From: Amoebidium appalachense
Taxonomy: Eukaryota > Protista > Ichthyosporea
DNA length: 64,000 nt
Assembly (NCBI GenBank): GCA_963693365.1
Contig: CAVNZM010000002.1
Span: 9,397,059 to 9,461,058, forward strand
Direction of reading: 5' to 3'
Shown: positions 17,968-58,030 of the stretch, in pieces
Layout: each line of letters begins with the position of its first letter
Numbering within the stretch: position 1 is the first letter of the stretch
Made by a program: the position numbers and the translations under genes
The notes under the pieces: model-generated
The model's database searches: none
What the model was told of the DNA's origin: nothing
The model's input: the letters and a program-made list of their open reading frames with translations, nothing else

Positions 17968-18927
17968 AATCAGTCACACACAGTACACACACATGCGCAA
18001 TACACACACACACTTACCCTGTGTAACAAACGACACACTGGCACAGTATATTAACCGGCCTCTTTTGGTGCAGTGGCGGTTTGCAAACACGCACAGTCCA
18101 GGTTAGTACTAGCCCAAGACAACGTAACGTTAGATATAATTAGCAGCTTCTGCACAGATCTTGTGTAGGGAGAGAGCAGACAGGTAGATGTATAAAGACT
18201 TGAATAAAAAGAGAGCTGCCGGGTTTGCATTTCTTTTATCCGTGAGCAAGCGAAAGAAGACCAATACAGTTAAGTAACATGTACAAGCATCTAATTCGAC
18301 TTGTTTCATGTTAGTGGCAGTACATAGTGGGCTCGTACCGATACTAGTGCTACCTCTGCACACTGCACTGTGCAACAGAACACTTTGCACTCAAGTGACC
18401 TTTGGATGCAAGGGATACTTGACGAGACGATATATGCAACAAGTAATTTATTATAAAAAGAACAACAGGGTGTCTGTCAGAGTCTGCTGGTTGCGTTGGA
18501 CGGTGTGGAAAACAGTCATGATGTGTTTTCGACCGAACGCCTTCCCGTTGTCTGTATGTGTATGGTTGACAGGGCATTCCACAAAAAGGTGGACTGAATG
18601 ATCACGCTGTACGTGTGTATAATGTTCACACGCCATGCCTACTCTACCCCCAGAGAGCCATGCCTACTCTACCCCCAGAGAGTGTATTTGGCAGAAACGC
18701 ACCGTGCAGGCAGTAAATGTTCAACACCCGTAGTACTTGTGCATATGTTTAACTACGGTGCAGGTGTGATGCCCTCATGATCACGATTGGCAAAGAAAAA
18801 CGCCCAACGCAACAAGCCTGCAAACCCCAAAATAACTAAGACGATATAAATTATCATTTATAATGAAAAGCATCTGTGTAGCATTTTGAGGAAAAAGCAA
18901 ATATTGTTACGTAAAGGGTTTTGTTTA

Positions 18928-18977
18928 GGCCCGAACACGGCCATCTAGAGGTGTTTCTAGAATGCCGTGGGCCCGAA
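18928..18977. mobile_element. 34-bp inverted-end transposon remnant/footprint with 8-bp target-site duplication
   Basis: GGCCCGAA | CACGGCCATCTAGAGGTGTTTCTAGAATGCCGTG | GGCCCGAA. Confidence 0.75.
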
Positions 18978-19519
18978 GTAGCTTCTACGTCGGGCAGCTG
19001 GCCCTATGACGGCCAACCTCGGGTGTTGGAGCGAAGCAAAAAATTGATCGATTTTTGAATAGAAGATCCAAAGTGGTCCTATGTTCCTTTTTGGCGCGCC
19101 ACTCAACCACACTTTTGATTGGTGCTTTGATCTGATTGGACCTTTGGATCAGTGTCCATTAATCGAGACATCACCAAACCAGGGGTTGCAATTTTGGAAA
19201 AGTCAAAAGGCAAATCAGCAAATGCAAACATATGGGGGGTTCAATGTTGGCAAGGGTAACACCCCATTTTTTTCTTAAGACCCCACCATAATGAAAAAGT
19301 GTTTTCTTGTTCGGATTTGGTCTGCATTGCTCTTTAATTAAAGGGCTGACTTGCTTGCTGTGCCCCGGTAGGTTTTGAAGGGGGCCTGTTGGGAAGCAGC
19401 AGTAATGATGTCATCTTGCGGAGTGTGGTCTGGTCAACATGGATGCATCTTAGTTGGCGCAAACTAGTTTCACGCATACACGTGCACTTGTACCTTTGCC
19501 AGCTGGTGTCCTTTGGTCA

Positions 19520-19800
19520 CTTGTTGTTTTATTTTATTTCATCACCTTGGCTTTTTCGAATTCGGTTATTCTGGTGGTCATGTACCCTGTGGCTGCACGT
19601 TGCCTTCGTATCAACTGATCAATAAATCCCAGTCAAGAGAAAAAATTAAGACAATGTGATAAGCTTTAAAATTGACGGGAAGCGCAAAAACCTGTGCCAA
19701 AGTGGCGCGCCACCGTCTGGACCAGCCGTCGGTCACACCAGTCGTTGTGGCAGCCGAACAGCTAGGCGCAGCAGCAAACCATGATAACTGAATCTTTATA
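19520..19800 (-). mobile_element. Possible decayed hAT-like transposase fragment
   Basis: The minus-strand translation TTGVTDGWSRR resembles the hAT first catalytic Asp motif (DGWS). It is followed in shifted frames by VDT...TGYMTTRITE. Motif resemblance only. Confidence 0.25.
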
Positions 19801-20075
19801 GGCCTCACTACTACGGTGCACATGATATTTTTACAAACTGACTTCTCCAGGTGTTATAAAGATTACTATTAGAATTGCTTGCCCTTTTAAAGCGCAAGCA
19901 CATAGTCCGGAAAGTTAGTCAGTAGCGGTGAAGGTGCCCATAACAGCAGACATCCATCTGCATGCAATTTTGACCGAGTCCTTCGGGAACACAAAAAGAT
20001 AATTAGAATCACTATTAATTGATAGTTCGCCAGATACATTACACACCAAGTCGAGCATCGCCCTCAGGAGCAAAA

Positions 20076-21908
20076 ATGGTGAATATGCAACAAACAGTGT
20101 TCTACTACAACGAAGTTGTGTTAGAACACAGTCCCGAAGTCCCCAACAGTGTCGAGAGTGCCGAGAGAATAGAAGCCCAAGTGGAGCACATCATCTCAGA
20201 GGGCCTTCCGGATCACTGCTATATGGGAAAGTCCCTTATCGGCCGCGAAGCGACGGAAAAGGAACTGGAACTAGCTCATGGTAGAGATTACCTTCGTGCA
20301 ATCTCTCAAATATCGGGAAAATTCGTGTTTGTTGCAGCTGCTGCAGCCACACATGCTCAGAGCCCCACGGCCGAGCTCGAGCCGCACACGTACGCAACCA
20401 GACTGCGAAATGCAGCCCAGGAGTATGAAGAACTCAGGCGGCCTTACGCAAAAACTGAGAACTCGTTGGACGATTGTGTGTTCAACAAGAGTACGTACAG
20501 GGCGGCGAAGGCGGCGGCTGGATGTGTTCTGGATGCGTGCGGGTGGGTGACTGAGAACACATACATGCGCAAAAAACTAGCCGGCGGGTGTGCATGTGAG
20601 GAGGTTGAGGAAGAGGGAGAAGAAGAGAATGGGGAGGAGACGAAAGACAGAAGGAACGCTTTTGTGGTTGTGCGTCCACCAGGGCACCATGCATTTTCTC
20701 GATTCTTCAGTGGGTTCTGCTTTGTTAACCACGTTGCTATTGCGGCGCTCTATGCAAGAAATGTGCTTGGGTTGGAGAGGGTGGTGGTGGAGGATTGGGA
20801 CGTGCACCACGGAGATGGGACGGCGGATATATTGTTGAAGAAGGGGGACAAAGTGATCTCTTTTTCTCGATACACCGGTTTCAAGGTGATGGGTTTTTTC
20901 CGGGCACGGGAGACGTGGCGGACCAAGAGGTTGTTGAGAATTAAAATTGTGGGAGAATTGTAAATATTCCACTGGTTCCCGAACTGGGAAAGATAGACTA
21001 TGTAGACGGGGATGAGCATGAGGATGAGCGTGTTGTGGTCACGGGGGGGTTTGGGAACAGGGAGTATTTGGAGGTGTTCCGTCAGGTGGTGATTCCGATC
21101 ATGCGGACGGCGTTCGATGGAAAACAACCACAACTCATCCTCGTCTCGAGTGGGTTTGATGCGGCCGAGGGCGATATGTTGGGCGGGTTTCTACTAACGG
21201 CGGCGGGCTATTCCGCAATGCTGCAGATTTTGTGCCGGTCGGCCGAAAACGGACATGTGGTGGTAGTGACAGAGGGCGGGTACACACCACACGTGACGCC
21301 CTGTGCGCAAGTGCGTGTTTGCGGACACTAATCCAAGCGGGTGAAGTGGGTTGCCATGTTGGGCGAGAGTTGCGAAGGAGGAGGGGAAGATACCCGATGT
21401 TGACCCCATGGAGCTTCAACTTTTCCCGTTTTTTGACCCCAGGGCCCAAGCTCGCACACAGACGGCAATCGACCGTGTTCGTGCATTCCACCTCACAGAC
21501 GGCGAATACCGGTACCCAAGCACAGAGAAGATGCAGAGGCAAGATGAGCCGGCCCCTTCCCCTGTTCCCAACACAACCCCTACTGGTTCCCGGGCAACAC
21601 AAAAAAAGGCCACTCAACTTACATCCAGTTCCCCTCGTTGTTGCATCTCTGGTGGCCTTACACCTCCTCCGATTGAAAAAATTACCCCCCTAAGGACGAA
21701 AAAATTTCACATCCCTGCATCAGCACCTGCCGGTAAATCTAGCCACGAAGTAGGGGGGTCCAATGTGTATGCAACCCCCCTGCAGGCAACACAGAAGAGG
21801 GAGACACGGTCTGCTACACATGCCAAGCAGAGGACGGCAAATCCGTCAGGCACTGTGGCCGTTACTGATAGCCCACTGGGGGCCAAGGCAAGGAACACAT
21901 ATCTCTGA
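20076..21908 (+). pseudogene. Class II histone deacetylase, copy 2, pseudogene
   Basis: Collinear with copy 1 (RPPGHHA, EDWDVHHGDG, SSGFDAAEGDMLG, EGGY). It carries a 1-nt deletion near 20857, an in-frame TAA at 20942-20944 in the homologous frame, and a 1-nt deletion near 21295. Confidence 0.85.
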
Positions 21909-22508
21909 AAGACATTCATGTTATGGTAGCTGCCCCCCCCCCCCCCCCCCCCCCTGCCCTGTCCCCCCCCAACCAAAAAAAAACAAAAACACATACAGGT
22001 GCACACGTGCACTCAAAACCACACCCCTCCCCCACCTTGTCCTTGGTGAACCCTGCGCTCACCTGCTTGCCCTCAACCCAAAAATACACTCACCCACACC
22101 CACACCGTGTAGCTACATTGCAGCCTTCCCTCCCCCCCCCCCCCCCCCCCCCCCCCTTCCCCCGACCTTCGCCCCTTAATTCGAACTCACAAACAAAAGG
22201 TAACCACCTCCCCCCTCCCCCCGCCCCCGCTCCTCCCCCCCCTCCCCCTCCCCCCCCCTTCCCCCGACCTTCGCCCCTTTAATTCGAACTCACAAACACA
22301 AGCTATCCCCCCTCCCCCCCCCCCCCCCCCCCCCCCCCTCTCCGCCTCCCCCCCCCCCCCTCCCCCCCCCCCCCCCCCTCCCCCACCTCCTTTCCCTCGG
22401 GCGCTCTCTCCATGCCCAACCACCACCTCCGTGTCATCCCAACCTGCACTGCGTCCTCATGCCCCTGACAGATTGTTTGTCCCCTTGTCCCCTTAGGCCT
22501 CTTCACGT

Positions 22509-22550
<42 letters not shown>

Positions 22551-22845
22551 AAAAATAAATAAATATAAATAAAATAAAATAAAATATATAAACACTCCCT
22601 CTTCTCCTTACCCTTATATGGGAATTATTGGCTAACGTTTGCACGCCTTTTTCACAGAGACTTTTCGATGATTATCGCCACCCTGCTTGCAGGCAACACA
22701 ACGCCCAGTGGTTGTGGTATTGCACAGAGGGGGTGTTCGTGTTCTTTCCTTTCTTTTTTGATAGTCTTAATTTTTTTGTATGTTTTTTTTTTTTTTTTTT
22801 TGTGTGTGCGCGCGCACGCGCGTGTGCGTCTGCGTGTACATGCCT

Positions 22846-22886
<41 letters not shown>

Positions 22887-24194
22887 TGTGTGTGTATGTG
22901 TGTGTATGTGTGTGTGTGTGTGGGGAGGGGTGTCTGGTTTGTGGTGACGGTACCGGTGCACGTGGTGGTGGTGGTGGTGTTTTTTCTTTTCTTTTCTTTT
23001 TTTTTTTTCCTGGTCACCGGTGATGGTGATAGTGGCGGTGGCCGTGGTGGTGGTGGTGGGGGAGGGGGGGGGGGGGGGGGGGGGGGGAGGGGAGGGGAAG
23101 GGGGAAGGGGGGGGGGGGGGGGGGGGAGGGAGGGGGGGGAGTTGGGGGAGGGGGGCTGGCAATCTCCTCCCGCCACCTCCTCACACAAAGCAAGCTGCAG
23201 CACACACACCAACCACACCCGTGTTGCTCCAAAACTGTGAATATGTACTAAGATTTTTTTTTTATTGTGGCCATACAAGCCTAAAACAGGTTTCTTCTAT
23301 GCCAATAACATTCATACGACTTACATCGTAAAAATTAAACATGTTGCATCACCGATATGCGACGGGTAGACCTGCCATCCCTGATCTAGTACGGTATTCC
23401 ACATCTGTATGTATTGTACTGTTGTGAAACCAAAAAACGACCAGGATTAAACTGGCTAACATATATGCATGAACCATCGATAATACACGTGGTGATGTAA
23501 TTACATCCTTGATGTACCTTCGCGCATTATATTTCGAGATGCCATATACTTACATTAACAGCAAAATTCCATTCAAAAACAGGACATTCAAGTAGAAGCC
23601 TAAAGTTTCTCAGAAGAAAAAGGGTGTCGTATTCAAATGGACTCACCATTATGCAGGCATATGGATGGTGTGCAATATCTTTGCTCGTCATAGTCCACAC
23701 ATGCTAGGGAAGAAGAAAAAACAAACAAGCAAAAAACGGAGTGCCATTATTGTTCATTATTAGTATCCGCATCGACTCCCACGGATGGACAAACCACGAA
23801 AACGATCACTGCTGCACAGATAGCATACGAACATAATGACAAAAAAAAAACAAAAAGTAAACCATGCCGATTATTATAATAGTGGTACAGGCGGCCAAGC
23901 AAAAACTCGAGTAACAAGTCCGTCATTGGACAACATCCAAAGCGGATTTAATTAATCACCCACATATATTAACAACCACCCCTTCCTGATTTGTGCCTGC
24001 ACATGTATGCATGCACGCACACGCACACGCACACTTACACATAAACACACACGTACGCATACACGTGCATGTCTATGTGCGCTCACGTGTGAGTGTGTGC
24101 ATGCAAATCACACTCCTCACACGCACACGTCCACATACACGTACACATGCACTCACACATGCACATACACCCGCACGTTCAAACGTGTGTTCGG

Positions 24195-51025
<26,831 letters not shown>

Positions 51026-51744
51026 GCTGAAGTGCAGTGTTTACCAACACAGGCAAAACATAGAATAAAAACTAACGCCTCATGCTGCACATTAGTAGGC
51101 CTCATCTAGAGTTTTTTTCTGTGCTTAAGATAACGTCGGTAGTCTAAGAGGTTAGGGTATAATGCCGTCGTCAAATGGTTATGGATCTTACAAAGGATCC
51201 TCAGAGTGAATGGCAGGGAGCCGACATGCAGTATGATACCAGGTTTTCGGGACAGTGATAGCTCTATCCTTGCAACCAGCCCTTACCAACCATTTATTTA
51301 ACTGTGCTTCAGCGGGCAGTTATAAAGGTGTCATACAATACACACTAAATCAACTGACTATATTAGCGTCATGATCTTGGCACTGGTTCTGTTTTTTGCC
51401 TGGGGCACGGTGTTTCTAGATGGCCGTGGCCTGGGGGTTTTTTTTTGGGTTTTCTCAGAGTTTCCCGGTTCCGTGTTTGCGACATCACAATTTTTGCGTA
51501 AATAGTGTCATCAACAATGCAACTTTAAAAATGACATGCATCCAATTATATGCTTAATGTTTAACTATAATCTCTCCTTGGTTTAAAGTGAGGCATGCTA
51601 GAGGGCCCTCAAAACGGCGCCGCCGCGCTTCGAATTCACAGCGGCTGTCTTGCGCAACGTAAAACTTGCGCCATTTTTTTGGAGGGAGACTTGAAACTTC
51701 CGAGTCCGCTCAAGTGTCAAGTCAACGGCTACACACTGAAAACA
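51026..51744. promoter_or_regulatory. Probable bidirectional promoter between WASHC5 and the bZIP gene
   Basis: About 700 bp of microsatellite-free sequence between the WASHC5 ATG (51025, minus) and a GTGAGT donor at 51745 (plus; putative 5'UTR exon spliced to the acceptor at 52449). It includes a GC-rich block with TTGCGCAA (51650-51657) and GCGCCATTTT. Confidence 0.55.
51398..51436. mobile_element. 23-bp inverted-end transposon remnant/footprint with 8-bp target-site duplication
   Basis: GCCTGGGG | CACGGTGTTTCTAGATGGCCGTG | GCCTGGGG. Confidence 0.7.
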
Positions 51745-51997
51745 GTGAGTTTATAAGCGTTTACCTTTCTTATTTTTGCATGCATGGCTGCGTGTAGTAC
51801 GGATTTTTTTTTTTTCATTACGTGTGTTAAGACAGAAGGAGGTGGAAGTGCATAGCAAACATTTTCCTACTTCTCTTTCGAAATCTCTTTTTCTGTGTGG
51901 GTAATCCAGACACCCACTACTATGCACAGGCAAGCTAGCAATATGGATACTTCACGCTTATGCTCGTGCACACACACGTACATACACACACGCACAC

Positions 51998-52028
<31 letters not shown>

Positions 52029-52457
52029 ATCACACACGTGCATGTACGCGTACGGTGCATGCGTGTACCCACACAGACGCAAAAACATCGACTAAATTCA
52101 ACATTTATACGTGACTTTTCATATTCCACACATTGACTGAAACAAGTATGTTGAGGAGGAGTAATATGTAGTTCGGTAACGCGTCTAACTAGGTATGTTT
52201 CACTACATCTCAACTTTATCAACCTAGCTTTTTTCACATTGACCGTATGGTGGTTGGGGACACTTACCCCAGTGTATGGTAGTTGGGCAAGCCTACCCAG
52301 CAAATTAACACTTTTTAAAAGGCTAAAAAAGTGGTTCTGTGTGCTTTGTGTGTACATCTAACAATCTTCTTCTTCCCATGTGCCCATCGCGCACGTACGT
52401 ACGTACAAGGGATCTGGAGCAAATAAGTTCTCATTTCATGTTGTTACAGCAGCCAAA

Positions 52458-54707
52458 ATGAGGCTCCGACGGACTGCAGCTACGGGCATGGCCCACACGG
52501 AGCACATAACGGTGGCAGAGGAGCACGACGAGCCCATCTTGGAGGCGGAGACCGTGGCAGAACATGAGGATGGTGAGTGATGCACGCTCTAGATTTCCTT
52601 CTATTCTTGTAAGTAACGGTTTTACAATGCCTGTGTGGTTTTTTTGTGTACACACTTGTGTGTGTTCTGTGGGTGTGTGTGTGTGTGGGGAGGGAGGTTG
52701 GGCGGGGGGGGGGGGGGGGGGGGGGGGGCTAGGGCAAGGAGGGGTATGGGGGATAATTGTGAGGATGAGGTGGAGGGTGTTGTTTGAACGCTGGCTTCTT
52801 TAGGCCGTTTCATAGGCCCTTTCGGGTGAGGCCAATATGCTGTTTGATGCGTCTTGCCAGTCATAAGGCACTGCTCTCTTTGGGACTGACCCGACCAGGA
52901 TTCCTTCTAAGAAAACCCCCCTTAATTTGTGTGTGTGCGGGGGGGAGGGGGGGTCACGTGCAAGGGCAGTCGATGTGCAAAGGGGGGGGTCACGTGCAAG
53001 GGCAGTCGATGTTGCACAGGAACCGGTTTAATCCGTCAAGCTTACGTTGTGTGGGTTATGCTATGTAGGGCTTTAGCAGTTTAAGTGCTTGTGTTATTTT
53101 TCCCTGCGATGGGGAAAGCATGTTGAGGTGTTTGTTTTGGATTTATTGCTGATGCTTGTGTCTGCACTTATGGAGGGGAGGGGGGGGGGGGGGGGGGGAG
53201 GGAGGAACTTTGTACGTGAGTGCATGTGGTTGTATTCTCTGGGCTTATCTGAACACCTTGATGCCCCTCGAATTGATTTTTTTGCCGCTTGCAGCCCCCC
53301 GTCCCCCCCCCTCCCCCCCTCCCCCCGGACACACACACACACTGGCACGCACTCATACGAAATCCCATGCCACATGCGCTCACACACATTCGTTTTCCTC
53401 TTCCACTTCATCGCTCTAACCAGTCCTGTTTTCAGAGTCAGGGATTATGGCGGAGGAAACCCATGAAACCGTTTTGGCCATGCCCCAACTGCCACAGGTG
53501 GAATATGTGGAACACAACGTGGGGGAGGGAGAGGGGGAAGTGGTGAACGGGGAGGCAGGGGGGGACGTTATGGAGATAAGCACGGTGCAGCATTACACAT
53601 CAGGTACTGTGTTGCTTTTTTTTTTCTTTCTTTTTTTTCTTTTTTCGGTCTCTTTGTTTTGTTTTGTTTTGGTGGTGTTACGGGTGGGGGGGGGATGTAT
53701 CGGGTGTGGGTGGAGAAGGACGTGGAGGGGAAAGGAGAGAGAGATAGGATAAAGGGGGGCTTTTTTTTTGGGGGGGGGGGGGGGGGGGTCCAAGTAATGG
53801 TGTTGGTGTTGGTGTCCTTGATGGGTTGGTGATTGGGATCATGTGTCTTTTTGAAGTGCAAGGCAACATGAGACAATGGTTGGGCAAGCTGTTGTGTTGT
53901 TTGTGTTTTCTTTCCCTGTTCATCGCAAGTTGATCATCGAACCAAAGTTTCATGTGCTGCCTTGAGGTTGATGGGACAATGAATTGCGGTTGCCCCCCCC
54001 CCCCCCCCAGGGGATACTGAGGATGACTGGGGGCACCCCCTCTAAGGATGGGCTCCGCTTATTATGCATACTGTTTATGTGTGCTTTGCACTCTGCATTG
54101 TGTTTTCCGTTATGAATGTGTCCTTCGTACTCCATAACTCATTCTACCTCTCCCCCCCTCCCCATGTTGAAACAAAGCATGGGTTGGGAGCCATGCGCGA
54201 GAGGTCAAAGATTCGAAACTCGCGTGTTTGTGGAGGCATAGGAACCCCCCTGATGATGGGCCCTGTTCAAGTATTTTCTACCTGCACGCTTAAATTATTT
54301 GATTTCGGGTTTCTCAACGGCTTTTACTTTAACCTCTGTTGTTTCCTCCATATTTCCAACCCCTAACGCATACATCCACCCCCAGCTCCCACCCTTTTCC
54401 CCCATGGACACCGATTTTTGCCTTATTCTCTTTGTTTTTTGCTTCTTTCCCCGTTCGTCTTTTCTCACCTTGCAGGTTATGTTGCTTACGTTTATATTCC
54501 ATATCAGAAATGGTTCCGCATGAACAGCATGAGACTGTCACACGTGAGACAGATACAACTACAGACCAAGACGCAGCCCAGAAGGCTCGGCCTAAAGCAT
54601 CAACAGCTAGGGTACGCACCAAATCTGCCCCCCTCCCCCCCCCCCCCCCCCCCCCCCTACCCCTCCGCCGTCGCCACACAAATACATGCACAGACACATG
54701 TGCGTGC

Positions 54708-54754
<47 letters not shown>

Positions 54755-55088
54755 CATTCCGAAAAGAAGAAACCCGCCGGAGGGGTAGGGGCGGGGGGGG
54801 GGTCGTTCGATTTCCCCGTCAATACATGCAAAAACGTGCTGTGTACAGGCACGAAATCTGCTGCCTCTGTAGCTGCGAAGCACACACCACCCCACACATG
54901 TGCTCGCACACGCACGCATGTGCGCGCGCACACACACATACACACACACACACAGAGAGAGAGGGAGATTGGAATATGGTTTAGTTTTGCTTTGCACCGT
55001 TGTACACCCCCTGCCCCTACTTAAAGTTTGCTGTGCCACATTTGCGCGCTTATTGGTGGCTTCCTTCATGGTTTTCTCTTTGTGCCTA

Positions 55089-55125
<37 letters not shown>

Positions 55126-55255
55126 CCCCAAACACACACCCATAAATCGATAGGGAAATTCGAGCACACATGTTTGCTTCCACCCCTTCCTTTCTTTTTC
55201 TTTTTCTTTTTTAAACCCCCTTGGAAAAGGAGGGACTAAACTGAAGAAGACTGAC

Positions 55256-55301
<46 letters not shown>

Positions 55302-55848
55302 CTTTTTTTTTTTTTCCCAGGGCCGAGGTGGAGTCCGCGCAACCAAAAAGCCGACGGACTTTGCCGACCTCAAGTCCTACGAAGAGTACATGCACAGGCG
55401 CACACTTAACAACGAACAGTGTCGCATACACAGAAGGAGAAAGAAGGAAGAGTTGGAAAAAATGTCCCACCAAGTTAGCCGCCTAACGATGGAGTTACAC
55501 GAGGCAAGGGTTGAGATTCAGGGTTTGAAAGGCGAATTGGCAGCTACAAAATCCCTGCTTTCTCAGGCGACAAAAGAGATAAATGTGTTGAGGGGCGGCG
55601 GCGGCGGGGGTGGTGGTAATGTGGTTGATGGTGGTGTGGCGGTTGCAGGGGGGGTAAATGTTGTTTCTAGTGTGGATGGGGTTGGTGTGGGTGGCGAGGT
55701 GGAAGAGAGCGAAGAGCAAGTACAGGAGCAAGGTGGGAGTGGGCGGACACTTGCATTGGGGAGTAATTATGTTAATATTGCCGCGGCGACTCCTGTTTAT
55801 CCTTCCGGGCCGGGTTACCCGCCCCCTGGAGCGTGGATGAAGGCGTGA
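52458..55848 (+). CDS. bZIP transcription factor (C/EBP- or PAR-like), 4 coding exons, ~304 aa
   Basis: Exons 52458-52572, 53436-53603, 54508-54611 and 55321-55848 join in frame via GT-AG. An acidic N-terminus precedes EEYMHRRTLNNEQCRIHRRRKKEELEKMSHQVSRLTMELHEARVEIQGLKGEL, which has the N-x7-R basic motif and a heptad zipper. Confidence 0.85.
54168..54375 (+). repeat. Dispersed ~200-bp intronic element (copy B)
   Basis: Homologous to the reverse complement of 46233-46435; lies in a bZIP intron. Confidence 0.85.
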
Positions 55849-56646
55849 TGGTTAGTAGTGCTGAAAAATTGAAATGGATGGTGATTGGTGAATGTATGGA
55901 CTGATTCGGATATACATATTAGGTAGTCTTAGGAACCAATATTAATGCTACTGCTTGCGGTTTGCCAGGGTGATTTGGGTTGAACTCGTGCTGTCACAGT
56001 GCTCTTTTGGCACATGTAGGTGTCATAAACATGTCTAGACGTTTGTGTGTGTTAGGCGTTTTTGCTGCAAAGAGTCTATGCCTACATGGGCACCCGGCAC
56101 CTCCTGACTGTGCCCTTTAGCTGCTGTATTCTGACTAGACATATTTCTCTGACCAATGGCAGGAGAAGCACGTGATTCTTTGCTCCCCATATCATATGTT
56201 GTACCGTACCTGACCTCGGCCCCTTCTTATGGAAGGGCACCCAATGTCTATGAAAGACGAAGGGTGGTATGCAAAAGCAACAGGCATGTGACACTGTGCG
56301 GATGTGTATCTTTTATCATCAGTAATGAAGCTAAACTTTGCAAATGGCGTTGTTGTCCGTCTAACTGAGCATTTGGTGCTGGCCACCTCACGCCAAACAT
56401 ACTGATCACGGAAAGAATTAGAAAATCATAAAATAAATAAATAAAAATGATGTCAGGTCTAGAGGATGTAAACAAATGGAGCATGCTAATTAATCAAGCA
56501 TATCATGTGATCACATATACGCGGCACTCGATAACATGTGCACGTATGAATTGGTACCGGTGTTATTAGCTGAAGCTTAGGTCAAGGGCTTGCAACATAA
56601 GAGCCAGTCACGGCACATAATGGTGGTGGTGGTGGTGTTTGTTTGG

Positions 56647-56679
<33 letters not shown>

Positions 56680-57013
56680 TGTGCTGTTAAGGATATGTAT
56701 GTGACCTGTGATCCGGTGTCGGCACCAAGGCTAACCACGTTACAGTACTTCGTTCCAACAATATGCACATGTAGTACGTAGAAAACGAGTTTAATCAACA
56801 TACAACCTTGCGTGATCTTATGGAGAGACTTATAAGGTACAAAATAATATGCATCTTTTGTGAACATCATGATATAATGAAAAAGGTTCAAAAGTTTGTG
56901 TTGTGCTGCATGTGCACACGGCGCACCGGTGGACGTGGTACCGGTACCGGTAATAATTCACTATGGGGGCCCTGTGAGAAAAATGAATTCCCGCCAATCT
57001 TCCCCAAGATTGA

Positions 57014-57062
57014 GACCCGGATCACGGCCATCTAGAGTCTCAAAATGGCCGTGGACCCGGAT
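57014..57062. mobile_element. 31-bp inverted-end transposon remnant/footprint with 9-bp direct repeat
   Basis: GACCCGGAT | CACGGCCATCTAGAGTCTCAAAATGGCCGTG | GACCCGGAT. Confidence 0.75.
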
Positions 57063-57174
57063 GTATGTGAAATTGTGACGATCGACGGACGTCGCGTGTG
57101 TGCGTACACATGTGCCCCACTGTGTGGACACAGTGTGTGATTGTGAAAAAGGCATTGTACATGTTTGATTCTAA

Positions 57175-57271
57175 GGGGGGCGGGTTGGTGCAATGGTAAG
57201 ATCTCTGCCAGTCTGCGTGTCAAGCTCAAAGTCGCAGGTCTAAGGATCGATCCTGGTTACTTCCGATTTTT
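57175..57271 (+). other. tRNA-like Pol III element (pseudo-tRNA or head of a tRNA-derived SINE)
   Basis: A-box-like TGGTGCAATGG (57186-57196), B-box/T-arm-like AGGATCGATCCT (57243-57254), a G-rich 5' end able to pair imperfectly with TTACTTCC, then TTTTT. The cloverleaf is imperfect and no anticodon can be assigned. Confidence 0.5.
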
Positions 57272-57909
57272 CAACGGTTCTGCCTCGACGGTCCACCGGT
57301 CTGGCCGCCCCCTAGAAGCCATCACCCCAGACCACGTCAAGCAGTGGCACCACCAATTTGTTATCATCCGGCCGCAAGACATGACGTCATGAACAGCACC
57401 GGCCCTCTGACGTCGACGGCGCGCCGCTTGCCGGGCATCCCGGCCCAACGTTCAAGTGGGAGACCAATCCGAGTCACCGGCCACGGTTCGGGTCAGCGTC
57501 CTGGGCATGGGGTCTTCCCTTTCAAGTCTTTATGTTTGTGTATGTGTCCCGGGTCGCTCCCGGCTGGTGTTGTCAAATCACTTCTCCACTAGCGTTGATG
57601 CGGCTAGAACCGTGGGATAAGGCGTAACTAAAAATAGTGCCAGTTGGGGTCAATTAGAATCCTGATCATGAGTGTGCTACAAAGTACGATCTGTGTCTAC
57701 ATATATCAGGCGGCACCCAACTGCAGCTCGATGGGCAGTTTTTTCGAATGGCGACACAGGCTTTACGGAGCAAAATGGGGTGCAAGTTGTGTACTACATA
57801 ATTTTTCTTATAAAAAAAAAAACGAAATATGCATGTCGTGCCCGGGCCTGGATGCCGAGCGCTAGAGAATGCAAACTCTAGTATACACAGCAAACGGTCT
57901 TTGTCTACG

Positions 57910-58030
57910 TGCTATTTTCATGTCTGCAATATATCTCCATGTCTGCAATGTATCTGCATGTCTGTCATATATCTCCATGTCTGTAATGAGTATCTCCATG
58001 TCTGCAATATATATATGTCTCCATATCTGG
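57910..58030. repeat. ~19-bp minisatellite
   Basis: About 5-6 units of TATCTCCATGTCTGCAATA. Confidence 0.85.

Noticed and set aside
20942-20944. In-frame TAA in HDAC copy 2 as a sign of stop-codon reassignment
   Set aside because: The same copy has two frameshifts, WASHC5 terminates on TAA, and none of the intact genes has an internal stop.
54250-54310. Hammerhead ribozyme or box C/D snoRNA around CTGATGA
   Set aside because: No GAAA after a stem II, no canonical CTGA D box, and the third copy of the element lacks TGATGA.
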